Shown: positions 14,771 through 26,577 of the stretch, one piece after another | Layout: every line of letters begins with the position of its first letter | Numbering within the stretch: the first letter of the stretch is position 1 | From: the human T2T-CHM13v2.0 reference genome, Homo sapiens | NCBI RefSeq assembly: GCF_009914755.1 | Contig: NC_060939.1 | Direction: 5' to 3' (one strand) | DNA length: 64,000 nucleotides | Made by a program: the position numbers and the translations under genes | The notes under the pieces: generated by a model | The model's input: the letters and a program-made list of their open reading frames with translations, nothing else | Database searches by the model: none | Told to the model about the DNA's origin: nothing

Positions 14771-15299
14771 AGAATGATCTCACCTTACTCGGGAAGGACA
14801 TTCTCCTCTCTGATTAAGACCTCTACAGCTGTCATGGGGGACTCAGCCTCCTCACTGCTGAGTGAAACTCCATAGGCAATGGTGAGCTAGGAGCATTTTC
14901 TGTTCCCTGAACTGAGTTAGGAATGCCAGGTCTTCTGGTATCAACCCCCATCTGAATCTTTGTGGACAAAGACATGTAGGCCTGAGCAAGGACCCTCTCC
15001 AAATAACTCATGTCATTACTGAACACTGAGCAGTCTCTCACCTGCTCAAGAACCACTGATGACTCCCCACTGCCTACAGGGGAAGGCCCAGACTCCAGCA
15101 CCTGGCCCCAGTCGTGAATTGATTCATTGATTAATGATGGCTGAATCAGACCCTACATATGCGCTTTCCCAGATTTGCTTGGCCCCACCTGTCTCCCAGA
15201 CCATCACCTACTTTCTGGGTGGAGAGCTAGGCCACCACTGCCAGTGGTCTCATCTAACATCACTGGCTGCCCCAGCCTCCCCCAGGGTGAGGGCCAGGC

Positions 15300-15812
15300 T
15301 CTGGCACAGCCTGCACTGCACACTCCTCAGAAGCCAGAGCAGCTCCCGTACCAGGGTCCACCCACCGGTCATGTGGAGCACTGGATGCTGTCACGACTTC
15401 TGGGCCCAGGTGAGGCACCATGCCACAGGGCATGGGATTGGGCTTCTCCAGAGGCTTCCCAACAGGGTCAGGTGATATGACCCGGAGGTGCAAGGGAGTT
15501 AATGCTCCATGGGGAAAACCTGAACCAATGAAACACCAAAGAGCTAGCAGATAAACTCTATCACTTGTACCTGCAACAAACTGTTCTGAGTCACAGTGGC
15601 TCCACTCAGCCTAACAGGAGCCATCCCTCATGACTAAGCAACCAGCTTTCTTTCCTCCCGAAGTGGCGGCTGGCATTCGCTTTTCCTCCCTCCTTGCCTC
15701 ACTTTCCTTTTTCCTCTCCCTCTCCCTGCCCTGAGCTCCACCCCAGCCCCCCAATAAAGCACCAGCACAAAGACTTCGCTCAAGCTCTGTTTTCTGGGGA
15801 ACCCAAAATCTG
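15300..15812 (+). mobile_element. LTR16-like ERVL solo LTR
   Basis: GGAGGTGCAAGGGAGTTAATGCTCCATGGGG motif; 3' AATAAAGCACCAGCAC...GCTCTGTTTTCTGGGGAACCCAA. Confidence 0.65.
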
Positions 15813-16189
15813 CTCTGCTGTGGAAGGGCCTGGGTGTCCAGCAGGGCCTTGCTCAGAGGAAAGACACATGAGAGAAGATGAATGACTTGACTTTGAGAAG
15901 ATGAGATCTTGCCAACCCTGGAACCAGGGGAGAGTGGGGGCTGAATTTTCGGAGACACAGACAAGAGTGCTCCTGCTTCCCCAGCTGCCTTTGCAACACT
16001 TCCCCTTGTGGGAAGGCAAAAGCAGCCAAGGTCCCCTAGAGCTGGACTTACAGAAAGGCCACGAAGGGACGCAGGCCTGTTGCCTGTCACGCGTCTGAGG
16101 TGCTTCCGGTGAACAATTTATACGAAGCGATAAAGACCACACCCTGGAACCTCTGTTTTCTAATACGCCCATGGGGACTGGCAAGTCAG

Positions 16190-16410
16190 ACATTCACTGA
16201 GTCTTTGTCTTTGCTACATTCCAGACACTAAGCTAAGCCTTTTACCTGCCTTGTTCATTTGAGTTTCACAACCCTATGTATTATTAATCTTAAGTACTGT
16301 TATCACTCTCCTCTTACAGATGAGAAGCAGGGTGCTCAGACAGGTTAGGTAGCTGGTCAGAAACCATGCAGCTAGTGCATGGCAGAGCCAGGACTCAAAT
16401 CCACATTGAA
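16190..16410 (-). mobile_element. MIR
   Basis: TTACAGATGAGAAGCAGGGTGCTCAGA core; GCAGAGCCAGGACTCAAATCC. Confidence 0.7.
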
Positions 16411-16450
16411 AGAGGAGATGTCTTGCATGGGGTGACCCATAAGGAAGATA

Positions 16451-16514
16451 CTTTTTGGGTACAGCTGTCCTGGGGAAGCTTTTTGGGTACAGCCCTCCTG
16501 GGGAAGCTTTTTGG
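16451..16514. repeat. 28-bp tandem repeat, ~2.3 copies
   Basis: CTTTTTGGGTACAGC(TG/CC)TCCTGGGGAAG at 16451 and 16479, partial copy at 16507. Confidence 0.9.
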
Positions 16515-17772
16515 ATTTGTGTCTTCCGTGGCATCAGAAATATTATTAAGTATGTATTAGATGTTTGAAAGGAAAAGACATCTTTGACTCCTTTGTTTCC
16601 TATAAGGCCAGCCCAGCCCCGTGGCCCCTCCCCAGCCAAAGATGGGTATACAGACGTTGAAACATCCATGGTGGTCCTTCCCTAACAGGAGTAAGTCATG
16701 GGGACTGGGCAAGCAGGCAATAGGCACAAGTTGGACTGTGTTATTCCCTGCCCTCTTGGGATCTGGGCCGAATCAACTACCTCTGGGTAAGAAAATCTCC
16801 CCCGCAGCTGCTCCTCCTCCCAGGGCCCAGGGTCTCTACCCACTGAACCAGGCCCGCTGAGTGGAAGACTGTCACAGTGTCCCCCAAGCTGGAGGCCCAG
16901 GGAGGGGCAGTGGACCAGGAGGAGGGGCTGACGGAACAGCAGAGGCTTCTGGGGCTTCTATCCTGCCCTACCCTCCCGGTTCTGGGAGAGTGGTCTGGAC
17001 CAGAAAGAATAAAACAGAGAAAAATTCTTAATATAATGACCTTCAAGAAGAGCAACTACATTTTACCTTGAAAACTGCAGAACTGAAAGCACAGTCTGTA
17101 TAGACAATGCAAATGATATGCAAACACGAATGCAAATGGACCAGGGGCCCTGCCACCTCGGAAGCATTCTTAGGCCCCATGTGCCTCCAGTGGGAGGCAG
17201 AGGAAAACAGACAGAGGGCAATTAGGAAGGTCTCCAGGAACTGCAGGAGGCTTTTTTGCGGGGAGGAGGACACCATAGGGACCTTAGAGGGGACCCAGGT
17301 CCAGGGCTCCTGTGCACTGTGAAGCTTCCTGAATCCCTGGAGATCTCTGGGCATACCAGCCCTGCAATACACACACACATAGAGCAGTCATGCCATCATG
17401 GAAACACTGACACACAGAGACACAGCTGCTCACAGGCACAAAGCACGCTACTCAACCCAACATGCAAAGACACAAGCACAAAGACATATACAGACGTCCT
17501 CACATCCCTATCTACACCACCACACTCAGAAATACACACGTGGATAACAGCAGCACATACACAGACAACAAAGAGAAACACACCAATCTAGACACAAGTG
17601 GAAACACAAACACAAATACAAACATAGCCATACTGACAACTGCAGCCAGTCAAATAAATCTATCTGGAAAAGAAAGAAATTTAGATGTCCTGAATGCCTT
17701 TGTGTGAGGCATGGTGCAGAACATTAAATCTTCATTTAGTCTTCACAAAGCAGCACTAACAAGTAGGGGCAA

Positions 17773-18176
17773 GCCAGACATAGTGACTCACATCTATAAT
17801 CTCAACACTTTGGGAGGCCAAAGCAGGAGGATCACTTGAGCCCAGGAGTTTGAGACCAGCCTGGGCAACACAGGGAGACCCCATCTCTACAAAAAAAAAT
17901 AAAAAATTATCCTGGCATGCCAGTGCGCACCTATGTTCCCAGCTACTTGGGAGGTTGAGGCCAAAGGATTGCTTGAGCCTGGGATGTCGAGGTTGCAGTG
18001 AGCCATAATTGTGCCACTGCACTCCAGCCTAAGCAGCAGAGTGAGACTCTGTCTAAAAAAAAAAAAAAAGAAAGAAAGAAAGAAAAAGAAGAAGAAAGAA
18101 GGACAGATGGAAAGAAAGAGAGAGGGAGGGAGGGAGATAGGGAGGGAGGGAGGGAAGGGAGGGAGGGAGGGAGAAG
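17773..18176 (+). mobile_element. AluJ-like element with tail expanded into (GAAA)n/(GGGA)n purine tract
   Basis: Alu body to ~18069, then GAAAGAAAG... and GGGAGGGAGGGA... to ~18176. Confidence 0.92.
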
Positions 18177-20992
18177 TGGTTGGTTATCTCAGTATTACCC
18201 CAATATTTACTGACAAGGAAAAGGAGGTCCAAAGATGAGCTGATATGCTCATGCCTATCCAATAAGCAGTAGGAAAGGGCAAGCAAGAGACCCAACTCTT
18301 GATGATACCACAATGCTGCACCATTCCCCTCTGCCCTCCTCCCCATACAAGTGGGACACAGAAGTTACTGTCAACTCCTTCCTCTTCCACCTCGAGGTCC
18401 TCTCCCACCTGGCTTCCTTGGAGATACTTCAGCCCTTCTCTCTCCTGCCCTATCACGCCTTCAGCCAGAGGGTACTCTGCAAGACAACCTCACATTAATT
18501 CTGGCCTATGCATAATCTAATTTGGAAATCTACTGAGAGAGGAAGGAAATCATTTATTTCAATGGAAATGGGACACAAGGCTGAATTTTCTGTTGCCACT
18601 TGTCTCTGGGTAAATGATCATAAGAGAAGAATGACTCTTTCCCCCAAAGTATACAAACTTTAAGCACTACCCTGCCTACCCTCTTCTACATACACACACA
18701 CACTCAAAAAGAAATGTGCTTCTCAGAGCAAAGAATGAACAAGTGTTCTCACTTCCTGCCATTAACTCACCGTGGCACTCTGGGCAAGGCACCTAACCTC
18801 CGGATCTCGGTTTCCCCATTTGCCCCTGAGAGGCCGGAGAAGCTGATTCCTGAGGCTGCTGCCCTGCCCCACCCTGCATGCTCCCTGACAGTACAAGGGT
18901 CCCAGGTTGACGGTTGCCCATGGTGTTTCCCAGAAATGTCCCCTGGCGTTGAGGACTCCCTGCTAATGCTGGGATCAGAGAGGGGCTAAGGCCTGGGCCC
19001 TGACCGGGGAGGCAGGACAAGGTCAGCCCAGCCCCAGGGTGAGGACTCACCTGTCATCCCTGGACCTCCAACCTGCCAACCTGAGACACTCTCCATCCAT
19101 TTGGTAACTTGAACTTCCAGGGGTGCAGAAGGGCGGCCAGCTGGGAGCGGGGCAATCTTAAAATATAACAAGGCCACGATCACTGGAAGTGAGCTGGAAG
19201 AGTTGTGAGATGCCAAATTGTTGGTTTTGAGTGTATTTTAGGGCCTCAGACTCCCTTTCCAAATTAATATTCATGGAGACTGGCATGCCATTTATTTGCA
19301 TATGTAGATTGTTGCTCATCCTCTGCAGGAGGAGAAAGAGTTTTGGGGTGTTTTTATTTATTGTATTTATTTTAAGCTTGGATGATAAACCAGGCAAGTC
19401 AGGCAGGGGAAGGACAGGTTCCAAGGACAGGAGTGGGTTTTAAATAATTTTTGGTCTGAGAAAAGATAGGCCCTAGATACACAGGGGTAAGTCACCTCTA
19501 CCGACCTGCAGAATCAATTCCAGAACAGTCCTTCCAACATCATACTATGAAGCTCCTACCTCAGGAAGCATGGCCACCTCACGTGGTCCACATGGCCTCT
19601 GGAAAACCAAGCCTGTTGTTGTCACTCAGGGTTACTAACCATTGGGAGGTAGGCATCAAGTCGGGGTGTGACTTGGGCCAAGCCACTTGAACTCTTTAAC
19701 ATCCTGTTCTGAGGACAATAACCTGCTCTACAAAGTTGTTGTAAGACACAGTCTAGAAAATACATGCGCCTGAGAAGTGCCTGCTCAACCGCGAGGCCCT
19801 AACAATGGTGGTCCTTGCTATGGTCTCACACCTCATCTCTCCCGCAGTAAACATCGCCCACTCCTCCCAGACACCCCCAAAGAAGGCTCTATGTCCTGCC
19901 CACTGTCATCCAAGGCCTTCTGAAGACCTGAGGCCCATTAGTAAGTCCTCTCCTGCTCGTTACTGGCTCTACCCCTCTTTTCTGCACCAAGTAACACATC
20001 TTATCTGTTCCACCAGAAAGCTCAGAGTCCGCTGCTAGAATCTAGAGGTTCCTGAATTATTCCAAAGTCCTGGGGATGCAGCAAAGCAGTGGGGCACAGT
20101 GGGACACAAGGAAAAAGAGACTGGGAGAACAGGCACCCAAAGGTCGGGAGAACTTCAGGAAGATGTATGCAATAGAAAACATAGAGGAAAGAAGATGACC
20201 CTGTTCCTCACTCCTCTCCTGCTGGCTGAGTGAGCACAGGAAGCCACCCGACTCTCCCAGAGCCACGCTTTCCTCATCTGCAGGATAACACCAAGAATCC
20301 CGACTTCACAGGGTGGTTACCAGGCTCAGTTAAAATCTTTCCTAAAAATCACCTGAAGTAGTACCCAGCACAGAGCAGGAATTCATTAAATTTAGTCCCT
20401 TTCCCCAGTTGAGGTGAAGAAAAAAGGGTGAAGATTAACTGATTTCTCAGGTAAATAATCTATTCCTATGATTTATTAATTCAACAAATACTGAAGTGCT
20501 GTGTGCTTGCTGGCCACGACCCTGGGTATAAAGACAGATACACCCACCCCCACCGCCTTGGGTCCCAGGGGTCTTATATCCAACTGGGAAGACAATAAAC
20601 ACACCAATAAAATGTTATCAATGACAACAGCAGCATATTAAGTGCCAAATTTGTGGTGCGGGCAATAATTGCTACAGAAGTTCATGGGAAGGAAAGATCA
20701 ATGCTTGGATATCACTGTGGGCTCCAGTAGTGAGGGGAGGTCACCTGAGGATGCAGGACTAACACTGGTCTTAAAGGAAAGGGTGATTTGGATTAAACAC
20801 AGGGAAAGACAGAACTTGAAGCTGAGTCAGCCATAATGGTGAGTCCTAGCAGTGAACAGGTAGGGACTGGGGAGGCAGGATGCAGGCAGATTGTTGAGAC
20901 TTTCAACTGTCTATTTGAGGAACTTGGGCTTCATCTGGTAGGTGCTATGGAAAAAAAATGTAAGATAATGAGTTGGTTAAAACAATGTTTTA

Positions 20993-21293
20993 GGCCAGGC
21001 ACAGTGGCGCACTCCTGTAATCCCAGCACTTTGGGAGGGCAAGGTGGGAGGACTGCTTGAAGCCAGGAGTTTGAGACCTGCCTGGGTAATATAGCAAGAC
21101 CCATCTCTGTAAAAAAAGAAAAAAAAAAAATTAGCCAGGCATGGTGGCATACACCTGTGGTCCCAGCTACCCTGGAGGCTGAGGCGGGAAGATAGCTTGA
21201 GCCCAGGTGTTCAAGATGGAAGTGAGCTATGATTGCACTACTGCACACCAGCCTGGGCAACAGTGTGACCCTGTCTCCAAAAACAAACCAAAA
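20993..21293 (+). mobile_element. Alu (AluJ-like) adjacent to an L2 relic (~20470-20990)
   Basis: Full dimeric Alu with A-rich tail. Confidence 0.93.
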
Positions 21294-21577
21294 CCAATGC
21301 TTCAGTATGATATGAAGGGGAAAGAGATGAGAGGCTGGAAAATGGCTCCCAGAGCAACATATTGGATTTGCAGCCATGGATTCCGGACTCATTGCAGAGA
21401 CTCTACCCCTCAGTAGAATTTATAAAAACTATCCCATTTACAGAGCCCCCATAGACTACTCCCAAAGACACATGTCCCCCCATACACCTATGCACTATGC
21501 TCTGAGGATGGCAGAGTAGGATGCAGTGCCATCACCCGGCATGAGTTAGAGAGGACCTGAGCAAAGAAGATTTCTCA

Positions 21578-21913
<336 letters not shown>

Positions 21914-22169
21914 TTAATTAATTTTTTTTTTAAAAAAAGCAAGTCGATGCTTGAGTATTGCAAGCAGAGTGTATGGAATGGGGGCAGGGGTACCTGCTCA
22001 GGTTTTGAGCCCAAACATCTGGAAAGGTGGTTTCGCCAGCAACAAAAGTGAAGAAACCAGAAGGGGAGATGACTTGAGAGGTGAGGAAACATTAGATTTC
22101 AGTTTAGGCATATAGGTTTCATGATGGCGGCCAGGCATCCAAATACTGCTTTTAATAATAATAATATCT

Positions 22170-22482
22170 GCCCAGTGCAGTGGCTCACGCCTGTAATCTC
22201 AGCACTGTGGGAGGCTGAGGTGGGTGCATTGCTTGAGCCCAGGAGTTCAGGACACTAGCCTGGGCAATATGGCAAAACCCCATCTCCACCAAAAAAAAAA
22301 ATAAAAATAATTAGCTGGGCATGGTGGCAACACCTGTAGTCCCAGCTACTTGGGAGGCTTAGGTGGGAGAATCGTTTGACCCAAGCAGGTCAAGGCTGCA
22401 GTGAGCTAAGATTGCACCACTGCACTCCAGCCTGGGCAACAGGAGTACGATTCTATCTCAAAACTAATAATAATAATAATAT
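22170..22482 (+). mobile_element. Alu (AluJ-like) with (AAT)n tail
   Basis: Dimeric Alu; TAATAATAATATCT on both flanks. Confidence 0.93.
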
Positions 22483-23169
22483 CTAATCAGGAGATGAAAC
22501 GTGGCTTGAGACATGGAGATTGATGCGTGATCCAGGACTGGAAACCAGGAATCCAGGGCTGGCGAGGGAGTCACTGCGGCCTCCCTCCCAGAATCATGCT
22601 AGTCAGTACTGATCGTATTTGGATTGACTATCAAAGCCACTGTGATTGTAGAGATAAGATTTTTATCTTGGCCAAATGGTCCCATTTTACCACTGAGAAA
22701 AAAGCAAGAGGAAGCAAGTTGGGCAGAAAGATTTTATAACCTATCCATACTTAAGTGCTGGAGTTTCAGTATGAGCCATGAACCACCTCCTCCAGGAAGC
22801 CTTCCCTAGCTACTATGGCTCCCATTGATGTTATGCTCCTCCTATAATGGTGGGTCTGCAAGTCATGATTATTTATTCTCTAGTTCTGTTCTCCATTTGA
22901 TATTCTTGATGGTCTAGTCCTCACATGTCCCCTGCATTAGATGATTATAAATTCTTTGATTCAGAGATCAATTTACAAATAATCTTCTACTCTCTTGTAC
23001 TAATCAAGTATAATTATGGTGCTAATTCAGATTTATCTTCCCAATAGATCCCCATCCTAGGTTCAGTAAACTGAGGCACAGGAGGTGAAAAACAGGGCTT
23101 AAAACGAGTAGAAAGATAATTCAAACCCATGTCTTGAGCTCTATGGCAACCACTGTTAGTTACTCCTTT

Positions 23170-24016
23170 CACCCTTCCAAAAGAATCCTAATTTTGATCC
23201 TCTCTGAGGCCCAATACACAAATCAAGGTTGTTCTAGGCCAAGCCAGGTGCTGTGGTGCACATCTGTGGTCCCATCTACTCAGGAGGCTGAAACAGGAGG
23301 ATCACTTGAGCCCAAGAGTTTGAGGCTGCAGTGAGCTATGATAGCAGCACTGCACTCCAGCCTGGGCAACAGAAGGAGAGCCCTTTAAAAAAAAGATGGT
23401 TCAGCCGGGCGCAGTGGCTCACACCTGTAATCCCAGCATTTTGGGAGGCCGAGGCTGGCAGATCACCTAGGTTGGGAGTTTGAGACCAGCTTGACCAACA
23501 TGGAGAAACCCCATCTCTACTAAAAATACAAAATTAGCCAGGCATGGTGGCGCGTGCCTGTAATCCAGCCACTCGGGAGGCTGGGGCGAGATGGCACCAG
23601 CCTGGGCAACAAAAGTGAAACTCCGTCTCCAAAAAAAAAAAAAAAATTGTTCTAGGTCAATTACAATGACTTCCTTCTCTTGCCTGTGGTGGTTGACTTA
23701 GGCGTGACACATGATTCACAATTCTAGCCAATAAGACAAAAGGGAAAGTCTGCTGAGGGGCTTCTGGGTAAGACTCCCTCCTGCCTTTTCTGCCTCTGCT
23801 CATGATTGTGAGGATATAACACCTGGAAATGTTGCCACCATCTTGTGATCTTGGGAACAGGAAAGATGAAAAGCATCCGGATCTTTCATGATGCTGTTGA
23901 ACAAACTGAAAGAACCAACTATAGGGCAGACATAACCCAGACCTCTTGTTATGGGAGATACTAAATTCCTTATTGTTTCAGCCAGTTGAATTCAGCTTCT
24001 CTGTCACTTGCAGCCT
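23170..24016 (+). mobile_element. MLT1-type LTR relic containing an Alu monomer (23243-23394) and an internally deleted Alu (23404-23646)
   Basis: GGAAAGTCTGCTGAGGGGCTTCTGGG, CCATCTTGTGA and TTATTGTTTCAGCCAGTT...TCTGTCACTTGCAGCC; TTGTTCTAGG(C/T)CAA flanks the Alu pair. Confidence 0.7.
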
Positions 24017-25344
24017 TCATTCCCACTCCAATCAAGGGCTTTTGTCACAATGGATACCTGAGCTAACCATTATAAAAGATATATAACTAGTAAAGTCCTG
24101 GCCCCTGCCCTCATTGTGCCTATCCCAAGGTTTGGCATTCAATAAGTATTCAATCTATATTTGATTAATTGATCTTCCCCTTGCTCACCAGGTACAGGGG
24201 ATATATTCCCTGAAGGCATCTTTCTTCCCTTTACTAAGCCTCACTGATTATCTTTAAGTTTCAGCCTCACATTTTGACTGTGGTCTCAACATTACTGACC
24301 AGGTCCTTCTCCATAGTCTCCTCCCACCTCTGAGGATCAAACTAAAAGCAAGGTACTCACACTTGGCCCAGAGAGACCATCAGCGAAACTCCTCATTCCT
24401 AAATATTTGTTCTTTGAAATGTCTTTTTCAATTAGATCTCACCCAAATGTTTGAGAGTCAGGCTGAATTCCAACTTCCTGCTCCAGAACAGACATGTTAA
24501 GCCTGCATAATTACTGCAGCCAGCTTTATTTGCTATAAAAACATGGATTTTTGCTCCCTCTCAACTATAAAATAATCGATAAATAGAATCCAGATGAAAA
24601 ATGCTGGCGTTTAGGAGAACAACTCTTTTATGGTTCTTTTCTTTTGGGTCTAATTAACACATTGGGGATAAAGTGTGCTGTTACATTTACCAGGCCAGCC
24701 AAGTTGAAACACAAACTCTCCTCTTCCTGCTGAGATACAGCTTCATATCAGAAATACAGGAAGACAGACAGACAGAGTTTCAAAACATTTTGAGATGCTC
24801 AACAAACAGACCTGTGAACCTGTGGTGTGGACTTCCTTCAGCACCTCTCTGTTCACACTGGCTGTTCAGTTGTTTCCCCCACCCCTCCCAATTCCTTAAG
24901 AACACACTGCATAGTTACTGTCAAATGAAACACAGTCCCATTAGCAGGAGAAGCAATCTCTCTTTCAGTCTTTTAATGAAGAAGGCATGTTTTTTTGGAC
25001 AATGACCACCCAGGCCATGGAAGTTTCATGAGGGGCTCTCGGAGTGGATGACACCTTTTCAATTATAACACTGCTATAATAAACCCCCACAGAGCCACCG
25101 GGCATGGAGTCTACATCCAATACACGACACCTATTTATTCCCTAATTATATTGCAATATATTCTCTCTGTGTATGTGCTGATGAAGATAAAATATTCTTT
25201 TAATTCTATGGCCTCTTGGATGGGGAGGGGGAGGGGATGTACATAGCAAGTCTTATGAGTTCCTAGAGCTAAATCACAGCCTTCGTTCCAGGCTTCCCCA
25301 TCTTATAATCTCAAAAAATCATTCACTTTCCCTTGTTCTACCAC

Positions 25345-25527
25345 ATTTATTCTCAAAGTGTCCAAGTGTGGTCTCCAGAACTAGAGAATCAGCATCACCA
25401 AGGAACTTGTTTAGAAATGCAAAATGCTGGACCTACTCCAGACCCATTGAATCAGAAACTTGGGAGTGTGGCCCAGTAACCTGTGTTTTCACAAGCCCTC
25501 CACACTGAAATCTGAGAATCACTAGTC
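25345..25527. mobile_element. MER5A (hAT-Charlie) relic
   Basis: TTCTCAAAGTG...ATCAGCATCACC...GAACTTGTTTAGAAATGCAAA...GAATCAGAAACT...TGAGAATCACT. Confidence 0.8.
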
Positions 25528-26272
25528 TGCAAGGAAGAAATGCTTTACTAGGAAGAAAAGAGCAGCATTTTAAATTGAATCCTGTATCAGGGAACACCTG
25601 GATTCTATACGGGCTGGGCCCCTCTTACTGCACAGCTGTCCCAATCTACAGATTCAGGGCTCCATTTACTCATCTGTACAATGGGGCTCCAGAGCACACC
25701 AAACAGCTGTGGATGCTGGAATTTAAGAGGGACATGGTTACCTGGCACCAGTCTCTATGGATACCTAGCAAGATCATAGTTGCCAGCACTCACCAGCTCC
25801 CTTCCTGGCAGAAGATCTGCACAGCAGTTCTCCAATGCTGCCTCTAAGGTCACCACTGCAGCTGCCTTTGGGTTACCCCTGGCAACCAGGAGCTGGGGTC
25901 ATGCAAGCCCACAGAATCTCCAAATCTCACAGCCAACAGCGTCAAATCTTTCACCTTGGAGCCTTGAACCACTAGAGGGGAGGTTCAGAATTCCCTATTA
26001 TATTGTCCCATTTCAGGACTTCTTCAGACATTGTTGTGTATTTGCCTCTGTTCTACGACTAGACTTTAAGCCTATGGAGGAGAGAGCCTAGAATGTCAGC
26101 ATCACAAGGTATGGGACTCCTCCTGTCTGATTCATTGCTGTATCCCAAGGGCCTAGTCCAGTGCCTGGCACAAAGAAGGAGCTCAGTAACTATTTGCTGA
26201 CTACGTGTTCCTGCCTTTCATAAGTTCGGAACACTGAAGCAGCTAGAAGTTATGGTTGGGAAGAGGCAAAAG

Positions 26273-26577
26273 GGCTGGGTGCGGTGGCTCAGCCTGTAAT
26301 CCCAGCACTTTGGGAGGCCAAGGCAGGCAGATCACTTGAGGTCAGGAGTTTGAGACCAGCCTGGCCAACATGGCAAATCCCCATCTCTACTAAAAATACA
26401 AAAATTAGCCTGGCATGGTGGCCCACACCTGTAGTCCCAGCTACTTGGGAGGCTGAGGCAGGAGAATCACTTGAACCCAGAAGGCGGAGGTTGCCGTGAG
26501 CCAAGATCATGCCACTGTACTCCAGCCTGAGTGAGAAAGTGAGACTCCGTCTCAAAAAAAAAAGAATGAAAAAAAAA
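26273..26577 (+). mobile_element. Alu (AluS-like)
   Basis: Full dimeric Alu with poly-A tail. Confidence 0.95.
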
